From assembly GCA_003695505.1 (NCBI GenBank), contig RFIY01000146.1, forward strand, positions 1-32,877: 32,877 nucleotides of DNA. The letters run 5' to 3'. Below the pieces are notes generated by a model, which saw only the letters and a program-made list of their open reading frames with translations, did not search any database and was not told the DNA's origin. Position numbers and translations under genes: made by a program. Positions 26,200 to 32,877 of the stretch are shown here, one piece after another; within the stretch, counting starts at the first letter, position 1, and every line of letters begins with the position of its first letter. This DNA is from Candidatus Dadabacteria bacterium (GTDB lineage: Bacteria > J088).

Positions 26200-26883
26200 G
26201 TGCCCCCGGCTATTTCCGAGCAGAAAGCGCCACACTCCCCCTCCGCCCCGGCCCGCGGTGAACAACTGCGTTCCCAGCAAAAGAAAGAGCGGATTCTCGA
26301 GGCTGCCGAGCTGCTGTTCGCCGAAGCTGGCTACGAAGGTGCAACCGTTCGCCGCATCGCTGAAGCCGCGAACGCCAACGTCGCCTCGATCAACTACCAT
26401 TTTGGTTCCAAGCATGCGCTATGGCTTGAAACCCTCCAGCGTGTCCTGGACGGCATCCGCGACGAAGCCATTGCGGAAATCAGCGCATACCAGGGGAACG
26501 CGTCCGCATTTATCGATCAGGCACTGCGCCGTTTCTTCGATTACTTTCTCGAACGCGAACACCATGTCCGACTGATCTACCACGGACAAGCCCGAGGCGA
26601 CAGTGAGGTATTTTTGCGGCTCTCCCGTCCCTTTTTTGAACAGGTCTACGCCTTCTTCGATACGCTCAATCTGCGGCCGCCCGCCGGAATCGATCCACCG
26701 CTTGCGCTGATGGATCCCGCGTACGCACTGTTGTCATTGATACATCGGCGCAAGGAACTCGAGATCTTGCTCGGTGGTGATTTTCGCGACCCTGCGTTCC
26801 GCGACCGCCTGTTACGTCACCTCAGCACCATGGCACACCTGCTGCTCGGCCTGCCGGTAGATACAGCCTTCCCACAGGACTGA
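26200..26883 (+). CDS. TetR/AcrR-family transcriptional regulator
   Basis: 227 aa (GTG start with a GGAG SD). Canonical N-terminal HTH: KKERILEAAELLFAEAGYEGATVRRIAEAANANVASINYHFGSKHALWLETL. Confidence 0.9.
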   Translation: MPPAISEQKAPHSPSAPARGEQLRSQQKKERILEAAELLFAEAGYEGATVRRIAEAANANVASINYHFGSKHALWLETLQRVLDGIRDEAIAEISAYQGNASAFIDQALRRFFDYFLEREHHVRLIYHGQARGDSEVFLRLSRPFFEQVYAFFDTLNLRPPAGIDPPLALMDPAYALLSLIHRRKELEILLGGDFRDPAFRDRLLRHLSTMAHLLLGLPVDTAFPQD

Positions 26884-26892
26884 TTTCGTACG

Positions 26893-29574
26893 ATGCCTCG
26901 TCCAGGGAATGATAGAGATGCTCGTATGCGCGGACAATTCTTAAACAATCGCTTATTTACTTTCTTGTGCTGCATGTTCATTCTGGCCAGTCGGACCGCC
27001 CTGGCAACAGAATGTCATCAGATCCATACGCTCCTCGACTTTCTCGGGCCGACAAACCAGACCGCCGGATTCTCGAACGGACGCATGATGGTGGGACTGT
27101 CATCGCACGGCGAGTTGTTGACATTGCGGTGGCCCTATCTTTCAGATTTCGACCATCTTGACTACGGCACCAACGCGCTCAAGATGCTGGACTTTGACAC
27201 CCCACTGCTCGGTGCCCTGCCGGAAGAGGCCGTTTTCGACGGAATCCGCCTGAATCCGGAAGCGGTGTCCAGCCCGGTATCGTGGCTGCGCGACGCACCC
27301 TGGCACGTTCGGCAGTCCTACGAATCGGAAGACGTTGACGTCCTGCTGACAGAATGGGCGCATCCTTCCCTGCCAATCGTCATCGTTCGCCGTGACTGGC
27401 TCGACCGCCAGGCCGATACTTTTGTTCAGGAGTATGAGCTCATCAACAGCGGCGAAGACGCCATCGAACTCGCAGTCATCCACTATGCGAACTGGGCCCC
27501 GTCGGTGAAGCGCCTGCCGTACGACCAGACGCCGGGCTGGACGGATGATGCCACGCTCGATCCGGGCATGTGGTACGACACAAAATGGGATGCGTTGCGC
27601 ACAGCCCGCAGTTTCGCAGTCCGCAATACAGCGTTCCCTGGCCCACAGACCGCGCAACAGGAAGGTGAACTGACAGACTGGCTGGACCGGTTCGTCGGGG
27701 ACGGCGTCTATCTGGCCGCCCGTCTTTACCCCGGGAGCACGTCCCACGATGTAGGACCCGCACTCGACGGGGCGCAGCAGGAACCTTCCGTGTATGGCCA
27801 GGCGGCGCTCGGACGACCCCTCGGACGTAACTACCACGCTGGCCGCGCGGCCGGGTTACTTGAAATCCGGATCCGGATCCCGGCACACGGCGCACGCCGT
27901 GTCACGGCCGCCACGTTTGCGGCCAGAACCGCGGCTCAACTCGATGAGTTGCTTGCCACATTTTCGACACCATCGGTATTCTCGACGAGCCTCGCCCGGG
28001 CCCGCGCGGCTGATCGCCAGTGGCTGGCGCGCCGCCCACTACCGAATTCACCGGACCGAAAACTACGGCGGGTCGCGAAGCGGGCACTGCTGAACCTGCG
28101 AGACGCGTGGCATCCCGACTCCGGACTCGTTGCCGGCGGCTTCAGCACGACACCTCCGTACACATATGACTGGCCCAATGAGATCCTCCTCCACCTCGTG
28201 ATGCCGCGGATCGGGATGGTAACCGAGGCGGAAGCGCACGCCTTCTTCTATCAAAGTGTGCAGGCGGGGCCTCCGGCAAGTTCAACGGATCCACCGCAGT
28301 ACAGCTTCGGTATGAATTATGACTACGGCGGCATGCCACGCGGTTTTCTGTCATTCAAGATTGATTCGACCGCATTCGTCGTTGTGCACTGGTGGGACGT
28401 CGCGCAATTTCTGGAGGAACCGGAACGGTCGAAATATATTGAGCAGATCTACCCGTCATTGCGCCAGACCGCAATGTTCTTGCGTGACTATCGCCAGGAC
28501 AACGGCCTGACCTTGCCCGCCACCGAAGGCGACTATCCCGGTGACCGCTCCACCCTGCAGGGCAATTTGCCTGTCTGGGCCGCGATGTCCGCCGCCGCCG
28601 AGGCTGCCAATGCCGCGGGCGACACCTCGTCGGCAACCGCGTTTCAGGCCCGCGCGGACGAACTGAAGGCAGCGATCCTGGCCACGTTCTACGACGAAAA
28701 GAAGAACCACTTTATCGAAGGCGAACAGATCGGCGCATACGCGCAATTCGGCAACGCCTACTGGATGCTGTGGCCGTATGTACTGTTGCCAGTCACGGAT
28801 GCGCGCATCCAGGGTCACGCGGCATACCTCGATCACGGTCTGCGCCATGTATTCGTAGAGCACGCCGAAGAAAAAGGTGCCTACGATGCAAAAGGGTTGT
28901 TCTACTATGTCGAGGCAGCGACAACGCCAGCGGCTTACGAGCGAGCCTGGACGTATCTGCGCGAACTGGTACACAGCGTGGCGCCGCACGGGACAAACAC
29001 CTACGGCGAAGCATGGGTCTATTGCGACTTCGACGGTGACGGTTCTGGCGAATACCAGCAACGCGTCGCGATCCCGCACATCTCGGAGGGTGTCTGGCCG
29101 TACTGGGTCGGCGTACGGCTGTTCGAGAAATGGAAACCGCAACCGCCCAAGGCCGTTCCATCACTGCAACATGTCCGCATCGATGCCAACGTCGATGACG
29201 AACCGGTACTGAGCTGGACGTCCCGCGACGCGGATGGCGTCTATATCGAACTGAGCTATGACGGCACTGTGTTTCACGATGCCGTCGAGCGGCCAGCCTC
29301 CGGAAAATGGCGGCTGTCCGGCCTTGCTCCGCACCATCGCTACACGGTGCGCGTGACCCCGTTCGATGCAGCAGGATTTGAGGGCGAAGCCTGGACGGAT
29401 ACCGTCCGCGCCGGCGTCTCGGCTGGTGGCTGTGTGGTCGCGGGGCGGGCAGACCCTGTGCTTCTGCTGCTGTTGTTGATCGTCTTCTGGCCGGTGCTCC
29501 GAAAACTGCCGTACCGCAACAGCCCAGAATGGCGATCGGCGTCGCGGAACTCGCGACAGGTCGAAGAGGCATGA
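26893..29574 (+). CDS. Large exported protein: N-terminal beta-sandwich + six-hairpin (alpha/alpha)6 glycosidase-like region (GH15-like, tentative) + FN3 domain + MYXO-CTERM-like C-terminal anchor
   Basis: 893 aa (alternative ATG at 26926 gives MRGQFLNNRLFTFLCCMFILASRTALA/TE). ...RRVAKRALLNLRDAWHPDSGLVAGGFSTTPPYTYDWPNE... and WWDVAQFL...IYPSLRQTAMFLRDY...LPVWAAMSAAAEAANAAGD...ARADELKAAILATFYDEK resemble the helix pairs of GH15-type catalytic domains. I could not find the canonical D-x-W-E-E signature. FN3-like segment: PVLSWTSRDADGVYIELSYDG...LSGLAPHHRYTVRVTPFDAAG. Tail: SAGGCVVAGRADPVLLLLLLIVFWPVLRK. Confidence 0.8.
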   Translation: MPRPGNDRDARMRGQFLNNRLFTFLCCMFILASRTALATECHQIHTLLDFLGPTNQTAGFSNGRMMVGLSSHGELLTLRWPYLSDFDHLDYGTNALKMLDFDTPLLGALPEEAVFDGIRLNPEAVSSPVSWLRDAPWHVRQSYESEDVDVLLTEWAHPSLPIVIVRRDWLDRQADTFVQEYELINSGEDAIELAVIHYANWAPSVKRLPYDQTPGWTDDATLDPGMWYDTKWDALRTARSFAVRNTAFPGPQTAQQEGELTDWLDRFVGDGVYLAARLYPGSTSHDVGPALDGAQQEPSVYGQAALGRPLGRNYHAGRAAGLLEIRIRIPAHGARRVTAATFAARTAAQLDELLATFSTPSVFSTSLARARAADRQWLARRPLPNSPDRKLRRVAKRALLNLRDAWHPDSGLVAGGFSTTPPYTYDWPNEILLHLVMPRIGMVTEAEAHAFFYQSVQAGPPASSTDPPQYSFGMNYDYGGMPRGFLSFKIDSTAFVVVHWWDVAQFLEEPERSKYIEQIYPSLRQTAMFLRDYRQDNGLTLPATEGDYPGDRSTLQGNLPVWAAMSAAAEAANAAGDTSSATAFQARADELKAAILATFYDEKKNHFIEGEQIGAYAQFGNAYWMLWPYVLLPVTDARIQGHAAYLDHGLRHVFVEHAEEKGAYDAKGLFYYVEAATTPAAYERAWTYLRELVHSVAPHGTNTYGEAWVYCDFDGDGSGEYQQRVAIPHISEGVWPYWVGVRLFEKWKPQPPKAVPSLQHVRIDANVDDEPVLSWTSRDADGVYIELSYDGTVFHDAVERPASGKWRLSGLAPHHRYTVRVTPFDAAGFEGEAWTDTVRAGVSAGGCVVAGRADPVLLLLLLIVFWPVLRKLPYRNSPEWRSASRNSRQVEEA

Positions 29575-31388
29575 GACGCCGCGAGCCGTCGCATGCCTTG
29601 CGGATGTGCCGGGACTTCACCGTTACGGCGATCATGGCGCTGCTGATACCACAGCTCCCGGCTTGCAATGATGTCCACTCCCCGGCACCTGATTCACCAG
29701 ACGCCTCGCGAGAACCGACCACCTGCCCGGACGCCAACGGAGCCAGACGAGCCTATTTCGGCGACCTTCACGTCCACACCACCTGGTCGCTGGATGCGTA
29801 CGGATTTGGCAATACCGTCCTCGACCCTTCCGACGCGATCGCATTTGCACGAGGTGCGCAAATCATTCACCCGACCGGCGCACCATATGCAATCGATCGC
29901 CCACTCGATTTCGTGGCGCTGACGGACCACGCAGAGTTTTTTGACCTGACTGGCGCCTGCCGTCTCGACCCGGACAACCCGGCGTGGCATGGGCGTACCT
30001 GTCGTCTGTTGCGCAATAACCCGGCATATGCGCTCGTCGTCCTCGCGGAAGCCGCGGCCGGGCTGGACGACTTCGATGTGCCGAATACAACTGCCCTGAG
30101 CGAGGGGCGCAACTACGTCTGGCAACGGGTTCGTGAGATCGCCGATGAAGGCAACGAACCATGTACATTCACGACCTTTATCGGCTATGAATGGACGGGG
30201 GGTACCCTGTCCGGCGAACTTTCGGGCGGAAATCTGCACCGTAACGTCATTTTTGCGTCGAATCGTGTACCGGCCGAGCCCTTCGACGCCAGACGGTTCC
30301 GAAACGAACGCGAACTGTGGCGGGCACTGGAAGACCAGTGTACAAACGAAACCGGCTGCGACGCGGTTACGATCCCCCACAACGCCAACCAGAGCCGCGA
30401 AGGCAGAATGTGGCGTGCTGAGAATGACGAGGCCATCAGATTGCGAGACCGCTACGAACGTCTCGTCGAGATTTACCAGCACAAGGGAAACAGCGAATGC
30501 AGTAACCGTAACCTCGACCCCCAGGATCCGGGGTACGATGCCGGCTGCGCATTCGAGTCGCTGTCGCTGTCGTCACCAGCCGACGCATTGCGCTCGTTCA
30601 ACTTCGGCGGTACGGAACCCCAGACGGATCCAAACATGATCCGCAGCGGCTGGCAAAAAGGCTTGGCGCTGTACGAGCACAGCGCAACCAACCCGTTCGA
30701 ACTCGGCGTCGTCGCCGGCACAGATACGCACGACAGCACACCCGGAGCAGTGTCGGAGATAACCTTTCGCGGCCACAATGCCACATTCTGGGAAGCGGAC
30801 GAACGGCAACGTCTGACCTTGAGCATCGAAAACAGTCCCGGAGGCCTGACGGGAATCTGGGCCGAACGCAATACCCGCGCCAGCCTGTTCGCTGCCCTGA
30901 AACGCCGCGAAGTCTTTGCCACCAGCGGACCACGAATCACGCTGCAAGTCTTTGCGACCCACAGCGTCGATGACTATTGCAACTCCCCGCCCGCCCTGGC
31001 GGCGCTGCGCACCGATGGCGCAGCCGTGCCAATGGGCGGCCGCTGGCAGGCGGGTTCCGCGCTGCTGGTCGTCACCGCAACCGCCGATACCGTGCCGCTC
31101 GACCGAATCGAACTTGTCACGGTGGGACCGGCCAGTTCCAAAGTTACGACGATTACAATGCCACGAACGGATGCGATGTACCTGTGCACCACGGTCGCGC
31201 TGCCGAAGGACAGCGAGCCAACATTACGCTATGTCCGAGCCATCGAGCAGCCCACACCGCGATGGACCTGGTTCGCCTGTCGTCAGCGCCCGGACCTGTG
31301 TGATGCCGAAACGCCGTTATTCGTCGAAGAGCGGGCCTGGTCGTCTCCGATCTGGTTCTACCCGGTGGACACGGAACGGCAGAAATGA
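29571..31388 (+). CDS. DUF3604-family protein (PHP-like metal-dependent hydrolase fold), probable lipoprotein
   Basis: I prefer ATG 29571, which overlaps the upstream stop (ATGA), over the track start 29529. N-terminus TAIMALLIPQLPAC. Motifs I associate with DUF3604: AYFGDLHVHTTWSLDAYG, ALTDHAEF, FIGYEWTGG, GNLHRNVIF, TIPHNANQS, AGTDTHDSTPG, EVFATSGPRI, AWSSPIWF. Confidence 0.88.
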   Translation: MRRREPSHALRMCRDFTVTAIMALLIPQLPACNDVHSPAPDSPDASREPTTCPDANGARRAYFGDLHVHTTWSLDAYGFGNTVLDPSDAIAFARGAQIIHPTGAPYAIDRPLDFVALTDHAEFFDLTGACRLDPDNPAWHGRTCRLLRNNPAYALVVLAEAAAGLDDFDVPNTTALSEGRNYVWQRVREIADEGNEPCTFTTFIGYEWTGGTLSGELSGGNLHRNVIFASNRVPAEPFDARRFRNERELWRALEDQCTNETGCDAVTIPHNANQSREGRMWRAENDEAIRLRDRYERLVEIYQHKGNSECSNRNLDPQDPGYDAGCAFESLSLSSPADALRSFNFGGTEPQTDPNMIRSGWQKGLALYEHSATNPFELGVVAGTDTHDSTPGAVSEITFRGHNATFWEADERQRLTLSIENSPGGLTGIWAERNTRASLFAALKRREVFATSGPRITLQVFATHSVDDYCNSPPALAALRTDGAAVPMGGRWQAGSALLVVTATADTVPLDRIELVTVGPASSKVTTITMPRTDAMYLCTTVALPKDSEPTLRYVRAIEQPTPRWTWFACRQRPDLCDAETPLFVEERAWSSPIWFYPVDTERQK

Positions 31389-32877
31389 TGCGATTCAGAA
31401 CCGTGCTGTTACTGATCATCGCGGTAGCCGGCTGCACGACCATGTCGCCACCGGAACGATGCACGCCGAACCAGCCGTTTCCGTATCCGGATGGGGACCC
31501 CTACCCCGGTACACATGCGGGGCCGGGAAACGCGGACTGGGTCGACTGCGAAACGGCCCCTCGATATATTCAGCGGTGGCGAACCCTGGAAGGCCTCGCG
31601 CTCTTTCATCCGGCGACGTTGGCACCGGACGGTCGCACGCTCTACGCGACCACGACCAACCCGGATCCAGACGGTTGCCGACTATACGCGGTCGCCGCCA
31701 GGACAGGAAGGGTCCGCTGGTGCCGCGTGTATCCCCCAGGAATCCTCGACAGCGCGGTCGAAGTCGACCTCGACGGCCACCTGTACTTTACGATTCCCGG
31801 TGCAGTCGTCAGCCTCGACGCTCGCGGACGAGACCGGTGGCGAACCGCATTGCCAGCTCGCAGCGGCGCGACCACTCCGGTTCCGCTCGGCCTCCACTTC
31901 GGCCCGGGCGGCGAAGCCTTCACCGTCACCGACCAAGGCGTGGTATTCGCCATCGACCGGACCAGCGGCAAGATTCTCGACACACTGGATATCGCCGCCA
32001 CCTGGGATCTGGAAGTTCCTGAAACGGCGTTGGACCCGGCCGCGCTATTAGCGATATTTCCTTCAGAAATTCGTGAGGACCTCGAACTGACGTTTGGCGC
32101 AGGGGACGACGGCGCACGCCAGGCGGGAACGACACTCGGCGCGGGCGGTGCCTTCGTCAGCAACACGATCACGGTCTCGAGCAGAAACGACCTGTTCATT
32201 GTCGGGGGCGGACCCGACGAGGACCACGGCGCGGTCGTGAAACTGAGCTTCGATCCCAAGGCACAGAAGCTCCAGCCGGGATGGCTCGCACCGATCACTG
32301 GCGCGAGTTCATCAAGTCCGGCCATCAGCATCGACGGCCGTTTTCTCATCGTTGGTGATGGCGTCTCCCTGGCATCGGTTCTGGAGCCGGCAGCCGTCAC
32401 GGCCCACGTCGTCGTCATCGACGTGGACGCCTGCGACGCAAACCACGACGCGCTCGCCGCGGCGAACGATTGCGCGCCAGCGCAAACATGGCCGCTCGAA
32501 CGTGGCCCCGCCACCGCCAGCCTGCCGCTCGCATCTGACAACACAATCTACGCCTGGGAGGCACACTTCTTCGATTTCGAGACTGCGCTCGACCCGGGCC
32601 TCATCGATCTGCGCGCCTGGACGCCTGACGGGCCACTCTGGCAGGCACGCCTTCCGAATGATCTGACATGGTCGAGCGTCATGACCGTGACCCGCAACCA
32701 CCTGATCGGCACCGCCAGCCGGGGCGTCCTTGGCAACGAGACATTACTCGGATTTGCGTTGCCGGAAACCGTGGAAAGCGTACTCGTCGTCATCGATCGT
32801 GCGACTGGCTCGCTCGTCTCGTCGGCACCCGTCATCGATGGCGCAGTCAGTACTGTAGTCGTCGGTCGCGACGGCGA
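31385..32877 (+). CDS. Lipoprotein, propeller-like, C-terminally truncated by the window edge; paralogue-like to 24282..26048
   Basis: Absent from the ORF track because it has no stop. I checked all 497 codons from ATG 31385 to the window end and found no stop. MMRFRTVLLLIIAVAGC (lipobox). The ATG overlaps the DUF3604 stop (ATGA, 31385..31388). Repeat-like strands: DLDGHLYFTIPGAVVSLDARGRDRW, DQGVVFAIDRTSGKILD, SIDGRFLIVGDG, VLVVIDRATGSLV. Confidence 0.7.
   Translation, partial: MMRFRTVLLLIIAVAGCTTMSPPERCTPNQPFPYPDGDPYPGTHAGPGNADWVDCETAPRYIQRWRTLEGLALFHPATLAPDGRTLYATTTNPDPDGCRLYAVAARTGRVRWCRVYPPGILDSAVEVDLDGHLYFTIPGAVVSLDARGRDRWRTALPARSGATTPVPLGLHFGPGGEAFTVTDQGVVFAIDRTSGKILDTLDIAATWDLEVPETALDPAALLAIFPSEIREDLELTFGAGDDGARQAGTTLGAGGAFVSNTITVSSRNDLFIVGGGPDEDHGAVVKLSFDPKAQKLQPGWLAPITGASSSSPAISIDGRFLIVGDGVSLASVLEPAAVTAHVVVIDVDACDANHDALAAANDCAPAQTWPLERGPATASLPLASDNTIYAWEAHFFDFETALDPGLIDLRAWTPDGPLWQARLPNDLTWSSVMTVTRNHLIGTASRGVLGNETLLGFALPETVESVLVVIDRATGSLVSSAPVIDGAVSTVVVGRDG

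Noticed and set aside
29461-29480. CTG/TTG trinucleotide run (cttctgctgctgttgttg), a possible microsatellite
   Set aside because: It encodes the poly-Leu core of the C-terminal membrane anchor (LLLLLL). It is a coding constraint, not a repeat element. The GAA run near 20118 likewise encodes EEEE in the J-protein.
29529-29570. Upstream ATG 29529 as the start of the DUF3604 gene
   Set aside because: It would overlap the preceding gene by 46 nt. ATG 29571 forms the ATGA overlap pattern used repeatedly in this window and still precedes the signal sequence.
28793-29737. 314-aa minus-strand ORF spanning the junction of two plus-strand genes
   Set aside because: It is extremely Arg-rich and antisense to the FN3/MYXO-CTERM tail and the DUF3604 N-terminus. 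It is a shadow ORF.
31642-32544. 300-aa minus-strand ORF
   Set aside because: It is antisense to the uninterrupted 497-codon plus-strand lipoprotein frame, which starts with an ATGA-coupled ATG and a lipobox. Its translation is Ser/Ala/Pro/Arg low complexity.
1-32877. Search by eye for CRISPR arrays, tRNA/rRNA genes, IS elements, integrases, and prophage or toxin-antitoxin modules
   Set aside because: There are no regularly spaced direct repeats. Only one non-coding stretch exceeds 142 bp. No transposase, integrase or recombinase-like ORFs and no terminal inverted repeats were recognised. This is by-eye only, so short or degenerate elements could be missed.

Overview
GC-rich, gene-dense bacterial chromosomal window. 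I count 25 protein-coding genes; two are edge-truncated and absent from the supplied ORF track. I saw no rRNA, tRNA, CRISPR array, transposase or large repeat by eye. Left third: a hybrid sensor kinase with degenerate catalytic motifs, a NUDIX->M16 peptidase pair, and a double hot-dog MaoC hydratase. Centre (7183..16891, minus strand): an eight-gene, overlap-coupled string ftsH-folP-cdaA-cdaR(ybbR)-[Wzy_C-like/TPR membrane protein]-glmM-pdxJ-[thiolase-like::DUF35 fusion]. This is the conserved c-di-AMP synthase module with one inserted and one appended non-canonical gene. It is followed by bcp, an EBP/EXPERA-fold membrane protein translationally coupled to a secreted TPR protein, a DUF4388-J-domain-TPR co-chaperone, ilvE and ctaA. 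Right third (22598..32877) looks accessory. A propeller-like lipoprotein + lipidated type-B carboxylesterase operon lies divergent from a TetR-headed operon. In that operon, three ATGA-coupled genes encode exported proteins: a large six-hairpin-glycosidase-like/FN3 protein with a MYXO-CTERM-like tail, a DUF3604 PHP-like metallohydrolase, and a second propeller-like lipoprotein. Lineage inference only: a deltaproteobacterial/Myxococcota-type genome (cdaA-ybbR inside the ftsH-folP-glmM synteny, a DUF4388 protein, a MYXO-CTERM-like signal). Most long track ORFs lying opposite these genes are GC-driven shadow ORFs. All functional calls come from motif recognition by eye and recalled family signatures; no database search was run.
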